Shown here piece by piece: positions 1 to 9,783 of a DNA stretch of 39,041 nucleotides. Numbering within the stretch: position 1 is the stretch's first letter; each line of letters begins with the position of its first letter. The notes beneath the pieces were generated by a model, which did no database searches, was not told the DNA's origin, and saw nothing but the letters and a program-made list of their open reading frames with translations. The stretch is from an uncultured bacterium (lineage in GTDB: Bacteria > Planctomycetota > UBA1135 > GCA-002686595): positions 1 to 39,041 of the forward strand of contig CAJXRJ010000001.1 of NCBI GenBank assembly GCA_913058555.1, written 5' to 3'. The translations under genes were made by a program, and so were the position numbers.

Positions 1-38
1 AGGCGTCCGATGGACGACATTCTGAATAGCCGACTTGT

Positions 39-560
39 TCAACGGCCTGCTAGGCGCTTGAGCACCGAGAAGACCCCTCCCGTCCTTGCGTCCTCAAGGG
101 CGAGCTCGGATTCCGAGCGCCGCAGCGCGAGCTGGTGACCCACGCCCATTGGGAGGCCCAAAGTCTGTTCGCAAAAGATGCCGATGCCCCGTTCGACCTC
201 GTCGTCAGTGGGCTCGTCCTTGCGGGTGTGGCCCCACCCTTCCCGGAGACCTGCCTCGGCGTACTCGAGGAGCCGCTTGCTGAAGAGCTCTCCCGAATCG
301 TCACCGGCGCTCGCCGATTGCCGTGGGGCCTTGTCCGTGGGAGCCTCCCGCTCGGCCTTGGCAGAGTCCGAGACGCCCTCAAGCTCCGCCGCTGGCGAGT
401 CGCCCTCGCCCGCTGCCTCCACGCCGTCCACCGGAGGGACCGTACCCAACGGCGCCGCCTCCTCTGCTTGTCCCCTTGCCAGCCAGCCGGCCATCCCGCC
501 AGCGAGCGCCCCTGCGGCGATACCCGCCACCAAACCTGTTACCCATGAGCCTCGAGCCAT
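39..560 (-). CDS. Hypothetical protein with an N-terminal membrane anchor and an acidic low-complexity linker
   Basis: ATG 10 nt downstream of the nagA stop on the same strand; hydrophobic Gly/Ala-rich N-terminus (WVTGLVAGIAAGALAGGMAGWL). No family recognised; the stop lies close to the window edge. Confidence 0.6.
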   Translation of the reverse strand: MARGSWVTGLVAGIAAGALAGGMAGWLARGQAEEAAPLGTVPPVDGVEAAGEGDSPAAELEGVSDSAKAEREAPTDKAPRQSASAGDDSGELFSKRLLEYAEAGLREGWGHTRKDEPTDDEVERGIGIFCEQTLGLPMGVGHQLALRRSESELALEDARTGGVFSVLKRLAGR

Positions 561-570
561 GGGCCCGAGG

Positions 571-1776
571 CTAACAGGCCGTCACGGCACGCGCCCCTTG
601 GATCACCGCGGTCACACGGCCCCCCGAATCGAGGGCCACCATGTCCGCGCGGCTCCCGGGCACCAAGCACCCGACCTCCGCGTCCATGCCGAGGAACGTC
701 GCGGGCGTACGCGAGGCCATCGCGAGCGCGCAGCCGAGGGGAACCCCCATGTGTTTCACGGCGTTCCGCACCGCGCTCGCCATGTCGAGGGCCGATCCGG
801 CAAGGTTGCCCTCTTCGTTGATGCAGGCACCGTCCTTGACCTGAACCCGCTGGCCGCCGAGGGAGAACTCCGTCATGTCCGTACCCACCGGCTGCACCGC
901 GTCCGTCACGAGCATCATGCGATCGCTGCCCAGGGCCTTCCATGCGGCACGGGCCGCCCCGAAGGCCACGTGAATCCCATCGGCGATGAAGCCGCAGAAG
1001 ACGGAATCCGAAGCGAAAGCCGCCCCCACGAGGCCGGGCGCGCGGCTCCCCAAGGAACTCATCGCGTTGAAGAGGTGGGTCACGCCGGTCGCGCCGCGCC
1101 CGAAGGCGTCGCTCGCTTCGTCGAAGGTCGAGGCGCAATGCCCAAGGCAGACGATTCCGCCCCGGCGCCGGATGTCCTCGAGCACGCCGTCCCCTAGCTT
1201 GTTTGCCGCCGCCGTGACCAGGGTCACGCCAGCCGCCCCACGGAACATCCCGTCGAGATCCGCAGACCCGGCATTCCGCACGTGGTCCGGATCATGGGCG
1301 CCGGTCTTGCGCTCATCGAGGAACGGCCCCTCAAAGTGGACGCCGAGCACCCCCGGAACCTCGGCCACGGCGGCATTGGCCGCGGCGCGGGCCGTTTCGA
1401 TCACCTGCACACCGTCCGTGATCAGCGTCGGCAGCAATGACGTGGTTCCAAAGGCGCGGTGGGCCTCCGCGATCACGCGAATGCCCTCCACGGTAGGCGT
1501 ATCGTTGAAGAGCGCCCCGCCACCGCCGTTGACCTGGACGTCCACGAAACCCGGGGCGAGGTCCACGTCCCCAAGGTCCACCACCTCCGTGCCGGGGGGA
1601 ATCTCTCCCTGGGGCACGATCGAAACGACCCGTCCCCCCTCCGTAAGGACCACGTGCCCTCTGAGCGGCTCGCCCCCATGGGGGCCGACCCCTTGCCCCC
1701 CGCAGGCCAGGGTCCAAAGGCGTCGCGCCGTGAAAGCGCGGGGTCCCATCGTCTCATTGTCCGTCGCTGTCTTCAT
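571..1776 (-). CDS. nagA: N-acetylglucosamine-6-phosphate deacetylase
   Basis: Amidohydrolase NagA motifs PGFVDVQVNGGGG, GVHFEGPFL, THLFNAM, IADGIHV, LVTDA, LAGSAL. Confidence 0.95.
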   Translation of the reverse strand: MKTATDNETMGPRAFTARRLWTLACGGQGVGPHGGEPLRGHVVLTEGGRVVSIVPQGEIPPGTEVVDLGDVDLAPGFVDVQVNGGGGALFNDTPTVEGIRVIAEAHRAFGTTSLLPTLITDGVQVIETARAAANAAVAEVPGVLGVHFEGPFLDERKTGAHDPDHVRNAGSADLDGMFRGAAGVTLVTAAANKLGDGVLEDIRRRGGIVCLGHCASTFDEASDAFGRGATGVTHLFNAMSSLGSRAPGLVGAAFASDSVFCGFIADGIHVAFGAARAAWKALGSDRMMLVTDAVQPVGTDMTEFSLGGQRVQVKDGACINEEGNLAGSALDMASAVRNAVKHMGVPLGCALAMASRTPATFLGMDAEVGCLVPGSRADMVALDSGGRVTAVIQGARAVTAC

Positions 1777-1831
1777 GGCGAACGTGCATCGTACTTGCGT
1801 CAGGGACCTCCGCGTCCGACAGTCTCCAGCG

Positions 1832-3217
1832 ATGGTTTCGAAGGAGCACCCCCACTACCTTTGGATCGGTGCTTTTGGCGCCGTGGCCTTGGCCCTTGGC
1901 GGGCTCGCCTGGTGGCTTTGGGCTGGCCCTGAGGAGCCGACGCCGGCCGGGCCAGGCATCCCCCACGGGGGAGGCGGCCAAGGGACCGGTAGCCCCCACA
2001 CGACCGCCGCCGAGCGTGCCAAAGAGCGCGAGGACGCCCGCTACTCTCTGGCCGTGGACCACGTGCTGGAAGCCGCGGGCGCCGCCCTTGCAGACGGCGA
2101 TTTTGGTGCGGCCCGGAGCGCCCTTTCAGCAGTCCCAGCGGGGCCCCCTTGGCCGAACTCCCTCAAGGACCTTTTGTCGCGCATCGAGGCCCGGGAGGCC
2201 GCCTTCCGCTCCGCCCTGCGCCCGATTGAGTTCAGGATCGAGACCCTCGATTCGGTGGACCCATCCGAGTCGTACTTCGCGCGCTTCTGCGTCGAGGAGA
2301 CCGAGGTCTTCGCGACGCCTGAGCTGGCCCCCAGCCTGGCAGCCACCGAAGAAGATCGGCAAGCCAACATCGCGACCCTCCGCACGTCGTTCCACCTGGG
2401 CGCGACCGTCGAGATCCTCAGCGTGTCGGGCATGTTCGGTGGACCGGAGCTGGTCCTCGGCCCCTTGCCGCTCTCCCCGCTCCCGGAGCTCGGGGGCGGC
2501 AAACTCACCTTCGAAGACCCCGATGGGCACGCGACGCGGCTCGTGGTGGGCTACCGCATGAGCCCGTACGACCCGGGCCTCGTGATCGATCACCCGATCC
2601 CCGACCCGCCCAAGGGCGCCACCGCCGCCGGCCTCCTCGACGCCCTCGGGGCGGCCCTTGCCAAGGACCAAACCGCCGCCGCAACCCGCATGCTCGACCG
2701 ACTGAGCGTCGAGCACCCCGGGCATCCGGACCTCGCCTTCAACGAGGAGCGCATCGACAGCCGCATCGAGTCCCTCGCCCGCAATCGGACCCGAGTCCGC
2801 TTCGTCGTGATGGAAGTCGCCTGCGACCCGCGCACCGGTGGCCAGCTCTGGGCGACCAACGGCGACCACGCGCCCCTGCGCTGCGCCATCCAATCCGGCA
2901 AGGACACCCTCGCGAAGACACCCGGTCCCCGCTGCGCCCCTTACTTGATCCCCGGTGAGGCCATCGACCCGCCGGAGGGCAATGTCCTGGAGGTCCGCGC
3001 CCGCGGGGATCGCCCGCTGCGGTTCACCGTGACCGACACGAGCCCGACCTTCGGATCCCGCGACGTGGGCACCGTGGACCTGGGCTTGACCCTCGCGGAT
3101 TTGCCGAAGGGCAGCGGCACGCTCACCCTCGAGCGTGAGCCCATGGTGCTCGTCTTGCCCGAAAACGAAACCAACCGACTGCGCCGCGTGGTGCTGCGCT
3201 GGACCGTCACCCGCTGA
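1832..3217 (+). CDS. Hypothetical single-pass membrane protein with an internal two-fold repeat
   Basis: 3' part of ORF 986..3217 (the 5' part is antisense to nagA). ATG at 1832 gives MVSKEHPHYLWIGAFGAVALALGGLAWWLW (TM helix), then a Pro/Gly linker and globular sequence. Confidence 0.75.
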   Translation: MVSKEHPHYLWIGAFGAVALALGGLAWWLWAGPEEPTPAGPGIPHGGGGQGTGSPHTTAAERAKEREDARYSLAVDHVLEAAGAALADGDFGAARSALSAVPAGPPWPNSLKDLLSRIEAREAAFRSALRPIEFRIETLDSVDPSESYFARFCVEETEVFATPELAPSLAATEEDRQANIATLRTSFHLGATVEILSVSGMFGGPELVLGPLPLSPLPELGGGKLTFEDPDGHATRLVVGYRMSPYDPGLVIDHPIPDPPKGATAAGLLDALGAALAKDQTAAATRMLDRLSVEHPGHPDLAFNEERIDSRIESLARNRTRVRFVVMEVACDPRTGGQLWATNGDHAPLRCAIQSGKDTLAKTPGPRCAPYLIPGEAIDPPEGNVLEVRARGDRPLRFTVTDTSPTFGSRDVGTVDLGLTLADLPKGSGTLTLEREPMVLVLPENETNRLRRVVLRWTVTR

Positions 3218-3260
3218 AGGGCGATGCTTCCCCCATCACGGGGACGCGGCGCCGGGATGC

Positions 3261-4313
3261 TCAGTCGTTGGGCAGCCCCTCCTCTAGGGCCGCGATCTCA
3301 TCGGTGAGGTGCTTCGCTTCGCCTTGAATCCGGGCGCGTTCCCACTCGAGGGCCTCTTTCTCTTTGCCCTCGAGCCCCGGGAGCCGCGTATCGATCTCCG
3401 CCACCTTGGCCCCCATGGCGGCGATCGTTGCGCGCTTCATCTCGATGTCTTTGGCTGCGTCCGCCTTGTCGAAAGCCACCGCTTCCGGCGCCTTGCCGGT
3501 TTCCCGCGCACCGCCGATCTGATCCGGAATGGCCACGTCCCCGCGCCCGCGCTGAAGCACGTTCATGAACTGCGGCGACATGATCTCGATCCCGGCCACA
3601 TGCAGCCTGTCGAGGACCTTGCGCCGGAGCTTCGACCGGGTCGACAGGATGCGGTCGATGTCCTTGAGCACGCCCGCTAACCGATAATTCACCGCGTAGT
3701 CCCCAAGGCTATCGACGGCCATGTACGAATCCTCGAGGCCCACGTCCCCCGCGGCGAGCAGCAACGCCTCTTCGACGCGCGCGTGGGGTACGTCGTAGCC
3801 GAGGCCAACCTTCACGCTGATCACGGTACCGGAGCGGCGCATGACCTTGACCGGGTTCGTCGCGAGGTACGTATTCGGAAGCGTCGTGAGGTCGCGATCC
3901 GCCGTTTGGATCTCCGTGTGCAAGAGTCCCCGCTCCGTCACGCGGCCGAAGTGGTCGCCCACCTTGACCCAGTCCCCTGGTTCGAAGTGGCGCACCGTGC
4001 GCAGCATGCCCCCGGCGATCAGGTTGCCGAGGAACGTCGTTGACGAGAGCGCGATCGCCGCGGAGAGGACTATGCCAACGAGTTCGAAGACCTTGTCCCG
4101 CAAATGCTCCTCGAGGGGCAGCGCCACCAAAATCGCTAGCAGCCCCAGGACGATGAACAGGAAAAGCGCGAGCTGGCCGCGGTAGCCGCCGCGCTCGGGC
4201 AGCCGAAGGACGACGTGACGAACCCCCGCCATCGCGAGGATCACCACGAGCAGGGTGCCTGCGAACGGGAGCAGCTCTTCGGTGACGATCTTCTCAGCGA
4301 GGGCGAAGCTCAT
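3261..4313 (-). CDS. Small-conductance mechanosensitive channel (MscS family)
   Basis: Three N-terminal TM helices, then FLGNLIAG, FEPGDWVKVGDHFGRV..RGLLHTEIQT.D.DLTTLPN, VGLGYDV and GIEI; C-terminal coiled coil. Confidence 0.92.
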   Translation of the reverse strand: MSFALAEKIVTEELLPFAGTLLVVILAMAGVRHVVLRLPERGGYRGQLALFLFIVLGLLAILVALPLEEHLRDKVFELVGIVLSAAIALSSTTFLGNLIAGGMLRTVRHFEPGDWVKVGDHFGRVTERGLLHTEIQTADRDLTTLPNTYLATNPVKVMRRSGTVISVKVGLGYDVPHARVEEALLLAAGDVGLEDSYMAVDSLGDYAVNYRLAGVLKDIDRILSTRSKLRRKVLDRLHVAGIEIMSPQFMNVLQRGRGDVAIPDQIGGARETGKAPEAVAFDKADAAKDIEMKRATIAAMGAKVAEIDTRLPGLEGKEKEALEWERARIQGEAKHLTDEIAALEEGLPND

Positions 4314-4328
4314 GGTGGCTGCACCATA

Positions 4329-4369
4329 CGACTCGGGCGAGCCCCTTGGGAAGGGACTCGCCCGAGTCG
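4329..4369. terminator. Strong intergenic hairpin between the VPS10 gene and the MscS gene
   Basis: CGACTCGGGCGAG (4329-4341) pairs with CTCGCCCGAGTCG (4357-4369), with an inner CCCTT/AAGGG stem. No clear U-tract, so it may stabilise RNA rather than terminate. Confidence 0.5.
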
Positions 4370-4404
4370 TTCCGACTCCCCCTCAGGGGGGACAACCTCA
4401 GGGG

Positions 4405-7400
4405 CTACTTGGGGCTCCGCACGAGCGGCAGCGCCAGCTCGCGGGCCGCCGCATCGATGGCGGGCAGCTCCACTTCGAAGACCGGCGCCAGTCGAGCCAG
4501 CTCAGCCTCGATCTTGGCGGTGATCTCGTTCGCCACCCCGATCATGCCTTCGGTCGGCGCAAACTCCCCCGTCATGGCGCCCGAACGGGCCCCCGCGAGC
4601 TTGTTCGTGAGCCGGATCGGGAAGTTGAGGGGGTCCTGGCCCGACTGGTTCTTGGTCTGGTAGAGGGCCTCCTCCACCGACTTCATTGTCTCGAGGGCAG
4701 CGTCAATGCGCTCTTCGAGCTGGGCGGCAGGCTCGTTCTCGGTGGGCTCCATACGGCCCTTGAGGTCTTCCAGATCGGCCCGGGCGGTGCGCAGGTCGCG
4801 GATCGCCTTGTGGGCCCGGGTCAGGGTCTCGCCGGTCTCGCGCACGAATTCGTACTGGTTCACGAGGTCCATGCTGGTGGCGTCCGAGCGGGGGTCGGCG
4901 CGCACGATCGCGGGCACACTGACCTCGGTGCCGTCCACGTTGAACTCCGCGCGGTAGCGGCCCGGGGGGACCTTCGGACCTCCGAGGCTCGCGCCCCAGA
5001 AGATCATCTTGGGGAAGGACTCGGCGCCCGTCGCGCGCAGGTTCCAGGTGAAGCGGTTGAAGCCCTCTTCCGCGGGCAAGATGTCGTTCGACTCGGCGGC
5101 GTTCGGGTTCTTCGTTCCTTTGCCCTTGGGCGTGAACGTGCGAACCACCTTGCCGTCGAAGTCCTTGATCGTGAGCGAGAAGTCCTCGGGCACCTCCCCG
5201 AGCAGGTAATCAAAGGTCAGGCCAAAGCTCGCGTTGGTTCCATTGTTGCCCGGGCGCGACCGTCGCCCCCCCATGGCCCGGGTCGTGGGCTCGGGGGTGA
5301 AGATCACGGTGTTGCCAGCGTGGGCGCTCGGCACGAGTTGGCGCAGGGGCGCCATCTGATCGAGGATCCAGAATCCGCGGCCCTGGGTGGCGACGATGAG
5401 GTCGTCCTCCTTGATCGCGATATCGGTGATCGGGACGGTGGGCAGGCCCTGCTGGAAGGACGTCCAGTCCTCGCCGCCGTTCATCGACACGTAGAGTCCG
5501 CGCTCGGTGCCCGCGAAGAGCAGGCCGCGGCGCTCGGTATCCGCCTCGATGGCGCGCGTGAAGTGGTCCGACGGGAGGCCGGCCGAAAGGTCCGTCCAGT
5601 TCTCACCGAAGTCCGTCGTGTGGAAGAGGTACGGCTGGAAGTCGTCGAGCTTGTACCGCGTGCCCGCAAGGTAGGCACCACCGGAAGTGAAGGGGTCCGC
5701 GATCAGGTCGTTGATCTGGGTCCATTCCGGCAGGCCGTAGGGCGTGACGTCGTTCCAGGTTTCACCGTCATCCCACGTCACGTGCACCAGGCCGTCGTCG
5801 GAGCCGGCCCAAATCACGCCCTTTTGCAGGGGCGATTCGCAGGCCGCGAAGATCGTGCAGTAGTACTCGACGCCGGTGTTGTCCTTCGTGATCGGACCGC
5901 CCGAGGAGCCGAGGCGTTCGGGATCGTTGCGGGTCAGGTCGGGGCTGATGGCGGTCCAGCTCTGGCCGAGGTCCGTCGAGCGGAACAGCACGTTCGATCC
6001 CGCGTAGAGGGCGTAGCTCTCCTCGGAGTCGGGCGCCGCCTCGGGGTCGCCGTGGGGCGAGAAGAAGAGCGGGAAGTTCCACTGGAAGCGGTAGCGCATG
6101 CCCTCTGCCCCGTAACCCATGGGGTTGTCGGGCCAGACGGTGACGCTCCGGCGCTGGCCGGAGCGGTGGTTCACCATCGAAAGGTAACCGCCGTAGGACC
6201 CGCCGAAGACGAGGTCCGTATCCACCGGGTGGGCTGCGATGTGTCCGCTCTCGCCACCCGCGGTGGATTCCCAGTCGCGCTCGCCGATGCTGCCGCCGTT
6301 GAGGGACAGGTGCCGGATGCGCACGGCCGAGTTGTCCTGTTGCCCGCCGAGGAGACGGTACGGGAACGCGTTGTCCGTGGAGACGCGGTACATCTGGGAC
6401 GTGGGCTGGTTCGACTGCTCAGACCAGCTCTTGCCGCCGTCGACGCTGACGTTGGCGCCGCCGTCGTTGCCCTCGATCATGCGCATGGGGTCGGACGGGG
6501 CGATCCATAGATCGTGGTTGTCCCCGTGGGGCGTGCCGATGCGTTCGAAGGTCTTGCCCCCATCATCGGAACGGTGGAAGCCAACGTTCATGACGTAGAG
6601 GCGATCCACGTCGCTCGGATCCGCCTGGAGGCGGCTGTAGTACCACGCGCGCTGGCGCAGCTTGCGCTCAGAGTTGCGCTTGGACCAGGTCTCGCCGCCG
6701 TCGTTCGACCGAAAGACCCCGCCATTCTTGGCCTCGATGATCGCGTACACCACGTCGGGGTCCGCGGCGGATACCGACACGCCGCTGATGCCGAGGGGGC
6801 CGTCGGGCATCCCGTCGTTCGTCGAGATGTCGGCCCAGGTCTCGCCGCCGTCGGTGCTCTTCCAAAGGGACGAGCCTTCGCCGCCGGAGCTCAGGGAGTA
6901 CGGCGTGCGGCGCACGCGCCAGAAGCTCGCGAACAGGTTCCGTGGGTTGGTCGGGTCGAGGGCGAGATCGACGCAGCCGACGTTGTCGTCGACGAAAAGC
7001 GTTTGGTTCCAGGTCTCGCCGCCGTCGGTGGTCTTGTAGACCCCGCGGGTGGGGTGAGGCCCGTAGAGGTGGCCGAGCACCGACGCCCACGCCACGTCCG
7101 GGTTCTTGGGGTGGATGCGCACGCGGGTGATGTGGTGCGAGTCCTCAAGGCCGATCTGGCGCCAGGTACGCCCGGCGTCGTCGGAGCGCCACATGCCGTC
7201 GCCGTGGCCGACGTTGCCGCGCACGGTCTTCTCACCGCCGCCCACGTAGATCACGTTGGGATCCCATTCGCTCACCGCCACGGCGCCGATGGAGCCGCCG
7301 AAGTACCCGTCGGTGATGTTGTCCCAGGAGACGCCGCCGTTCTCGGTCTTCCAGACGCCGCCGCCGGCCGCGCCCATGTAATAGGTGTTCGGCTGGCCGT

Positions 7401-7599
7401 CGAGGCCGGTGACCGCGGCGGCGCGGCCCCCGCGGTAAGGACCGACTTCGCGGAAGTCGAGGCCCTCCAGGATCTCGGCGGGCCCCGGAGTGGATTCCGG
7501 AATGGACTCAGGAATAGACGCCGCGACGGGCGTCTCCAGAGCGGATTCCTGGGGAGCAAACGAAAGGAATGGCAGGAGAGCCAGGGGTGCAATCAGCAT
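4405..7599 (-). CDS. Secreted VPS10/sortilin-like BNR-repeat beta-propeller protein (putative glycosyl hydrolase)
   Basis: Signal peptide; family N-terminus FREVGPYRGGR...YYMGAAGGGVWKT; many Asp-box repeats (S/TxDGGxTW); PHGDNHDLWI, GGQQDN, RFQWNFP, VATQGRGFWILD; 1064 aa. Confidence 0.92.
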   Translation of the reverse strand: MLIAPLALLPFLSFAPQESALETPVAASIPESIPESTPGPAEILEGLDFREVGPYRGGRAAAVTGLDGQPNTYYMGAAGGGVWKTENGGVSWDNITDGYFGGSIGAVAVSEWDPNVIYVGGGEKTVRGNVGHGDGMWRSDDAGRTWRQIGLEDSHHITRVRIHPKNPDVAWASVLGHLYGPHPTRGVYKTTDGGETWNQTLFVDDNVGCVDLALDPTNPRNLFASFWRVRRTPYSLSSGGEGSSLWKSTDGGETWADISTNDGMPDGPLGISGVSVSAADPDVVYAIIEAKNGGVFRSNDGGETWSKRNSERKLRQRAWYYSRLQADPSDVDRLYVMNVGFHRSDDGGKTFERIGTPHGDNHDLWIAPSDPMRMIEGNDGGANVSVDGGKSWSEQSNQPTSQMYRVSTDNAFPYRLLGGQQDNSAVRIRHLSLNGGSIGERDWESTAGGESGHIAAHPVDTDLVFGGSYGGYLSMVNHRSGQRRSVTVWPDNPMGYGAEGMRYRFQWNFPLFFSPHGDPEAAPDSEESYALYAGSNVLFRSTDLGQSWTAISPDLTRNDPERLGSSGGPITKDNTGVEYYCTIFAACESPLQKGVIWAGSDDGLVHVTWDDGETWNDVTPYGLPEWTQINDLIADPFTSGGAYLAGTRYKLDDFQPYLFHTTDFGENWTDLSAGLPSDHFTRAIEADTERRGLLFAGTERGLYVSMNGGEDWTSFQQGLPTVPITDIAIKEDDLIVATQGRGFWILDQMAPLRQLVPSAHAGNTVIFTPEPTTRAMGGRRSRPGNNGTNASFGLTFDYLLGEVPEDFSLTIKDFDGKVVRTFTPKGKGTKNPNAAESNDILPAEEGFNRFTWNLRATGAESFPKMIFWGASLGGPKVPPGRYRAEFNVDGTEVSVPAIVRADPRSDATSMDLVNQYEFVRETGETLTRAHKAIRDLRTARADLEDLKGRMEPTENEPAAQLEERIDAALETMKSVEEALYQTKNQSGQDPLNFPIRLTNKLAGARSGAMTGEFAPTEGMIGVANEITAKIEAELARLAPVFEVELPAIDAAARELALPLVRSPK

Positions 7600-7765
7600 G
7601 GTGGATAGGGCGGCCGCGGGGGATCGGTTCGCGGCGCAGCGCGGGCGCTACTCTATGTCGGATTCGGGACGGGGCCGCGCTGGAGCCACACGACCCTTAC
7701 GATGGGAGGACGGAAGCGCGTCAGCGTCTCTCCATGCGACGCTTTCGGGCCAATCCACCTCCACC

Positions 7766-8536
7766 TTGACTGAATCCCCCTCCCCCCACGCAGACGCCCC
7801 TCAAAACGGGGCTCCGGACGCGCCTTCCAGCGTCCGCCGTACCCTCCGCTTCTTCCGTCACTTTGACGCAAGCGACCCCTGGATCGGCTCGCGCTCGAGC
7901 CTCTCTCCGAGGGACGCCGACCGCTTCCCCGGCGACACCCTCGCCGCGACCTTCGCCCGCGCCCTCTGCAAGCGCAGCGCCATCCCCGTCAAGGAACTCT
8001 TCGAGGCCGTCGAGACCTTCTCCCTCTGTCGCAAGGTCATCCGCCGCCCAAGCCTCGCCGATCTCTGCTGCGGCCACGGGCTGGGCGGGGTGCTGTTTGC
8101 CTTGATGGAGCATCAGGTCGAGCGGGTTCTCCTCGTGGACCGCGATCGTCCCCCAAGCGCCGACAGCGTCCTCGCCGCTGCGGCCGACGTGGCGCCCTGG
8201 GTGGCGCCCAAAATCGAGTGGCGCGAAACCCAGCTCAACCGCGCCCAACTCGAGCCCGGCACCGCCGTCCTCGCCATTCACGCCTGCGGCCTGCGCACCG
8301 ACACCGCGATCGAGATGGCGATCGAATCCGGCGGCCCTTTCGCAGCGCTGCCGTGCTGCCGCCCCCACAATGCCCACCCGGCTCCAATGTCCCTCAAGAA
8401 CGCCCTGGGTGCCGACGTCGCCATCGACGTCCACCGCACCTACGCCCTTGAAGCCAAGGGCTATCGCGTCAGCTGGAAGGACATCGCCGAGACGATCACC
8501 CCGAAGAACCGCGCGTTGATCGCCAAGGCACCGTGA
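7766..8536 (+). CDS. Class I SAM-dependent methyltransferase (Methyltransf_32-like)
   Basis: Motif I ADLCCGHGLGG, VLLVDR, LAIHACGLRTD, ALPCC. Start uncertain (TTG 7766 or ATG 7655). Confidence 0.8.
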   Translation: MTESPSPHADAPQNGAPDAPSSVRRTLRFFRHFDASDPWIGSRSSLSPRDADRFPGDTLAATFARALCKRSAIPVKELFEAVETFSLCRKVIRRPSLADLCCGHGLGGVLFALMEHQVERVLLVDRDRPPSADSVLAAAADVAPWVAPKIEWRETQLNRAQLEPGTAVLAIHACGLRTDTAIEMAIESGGPFAALPCCRPHNAHPAPMSLKNALGADVAIDVHRTYALEAKGYRVSWKDIAETITPKNRALIAKAP

Positions 8537-8560
8537 ACGGCCGACGGCGATGGCGTGTCG

Positions 8561-9664
8561 TCACTGGACCGGGTCTTTTTCGATCAGGCCCTTCCCAAGG
8601 GCCATCTGCGCCTTGATGGAAGTGAAGAGCGTGACATGCGACCAGTTCGACGCGATCGCATTGTCCGCGTTGTAGGGAAGGAAGACCCGGTTGCGCATTG
8701 GGCCCTCAAGGTCAGCCTCATCGACAATGGGGGCCGGGTCCTCGACCAGCTTGAGGACACCGTCCTGCCAATCGATGAGAAGCTCCAGGTCCTGGTGCCA
8801 CCGATAAGGGAGCATGCCGTCATCGAGGTCCACGCGATCCACCCTGTCAAACAGTTGCTGGAGGGAACGCCGACATTCGCGGACCAGTCCCTCCTTGGGT
8901 GAAATCACTCTTCGCTCCGCCGACGTAATGGCCGCGATCAGCCTGTCCCGACCGGCCTTGGACGTCACCACGCGGAGCATCGCCTTCACGGACTCTTCCA
9001 CATGGGTGGCCGGATTCAGGGACGTGTAGAACTTGTTGCTGACGTAGGAGCTCTGATGGGCCGAAGTCATGGCTAGCCAGAGCACGTTCATGCCAAGGCG
9101 TCCGAACTCTGGATCTCGGCTTGTGAGGAGATCCTCTGCAAACTGAACCAAACGCTCAAAGCGCGTCACCACGAGCTCCTCCTTCCCCGTCGCGGTGGCC
9201 TGGGACACCTTTAGGGCCAGCAGCATGCTGAGGTGCGTGAGGTGGCGATCAAGGCGGTGCCTCACGAACGAGATCTCCCCATCCAGACCGCCCCCCCGCT
9301 CTAGCTCCGCAAGGATGGGGCGTACCTCCGGATCTGCCAGAATCTGGTCCCGATCTGCCCACGTGAAAGTCACCGAAGTCTTCTCGAGGAAGGTGACCCC
9401 TGACGCGCCGCCGCTCCCTCTCATGCTCCCGAGGTGTGGCTTCAAGTCCATGGCGGCGCGAACCCACGTCCCGAGCCGCTTTGCCAGCTCAGGGTCGTGA
9501 TCGGACGCAGGGAGGAAGCGCGCCTCAAGGTCCGCTGTCCGCTCGTCGAGCATCGCGGCGAAAGCCTCCTTGCTCACGCTGCGGTACCCGAGGGATAGCC
9601 AGAAGATCAGCCCAGCCGCAAGGATCCCCGTCCCCATCGCCACCCGTTGCAGTATCGCACCCAT
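8561..9664 (-). CDS. Tandem-array paralogue 5 of 5 (uncharacterised membrane-anchored helical protein, 367 aa)
   Basis: Start set at ATG 9664 (MGAILQRVAMGTGILAAGLIFW) by homology to the neighbours; shares LDER..DL, ADR..IL, AEDLL..RDPE, GRDRL.AAI and DLE.LIDWQD. Confidence 0.85.
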   Translation of the reverse strand: MGAILQRVAMGTGILAAGLIFWLSLGYRSVSKEAFAAMLDERTADLEARFLPASDHDPELAKRLGTWVRAAMDLKPHLGSMRGSGGASGVTFLEKTSVTFTWADRDQILADPEVRPILAELERGGGLDGEISFVRHRLDRHLTHLSMLLALKVSQATATGKEELVVTRFERLVQFAEDLLTSRDPEFGRLGMNVLWLAMTSAHQSSYVSNKFYTSLNPATHVEESVKAMLRVVTSKAGRDRLIAAITSAERRVISPKEGLVRECRRSLQQLFDRVDRVDLDDGMLPYRWHQDLELLIDWQDGVLKLVEDPAPIVDEADLEGPMRNRVFLPYNADNAIASNWSHVTLFTSIKAQMALGKGLIEKDPVQ

Positions 9665-9697
9665 CGAGGAGAGATCGTACACGAGAGCCAGAACGCT

Positions 9698-9777
9698 GCC
9701 GCCGGCCGTGCCGGCAGCCGTGCCGCCAATTGGGCCGGCAATTGGGCATGCAATTGGGCATGCAATTGGGCATGCCC
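9698..9777. repeat. 12-bp-period tandem repeat in the spacer between two array paralogues
   Basis: GCAATTGGGCAT x3 exact (9738-9773), preceded by the variant CCAATTGGGCCG (9726-9737) and two related GC-rich 12-mers (GCCGCCGGCCGT, GCCGGCAGCCGT; 9698-9721). Confidence 0.9.
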
Positions 9778-9783
9778 GCTCCC

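Noticed and set aside
9726-9777. CRISPR-like array
   Set aside because: The units are 12 bp and contiguous, with no spacers and no cas genes.
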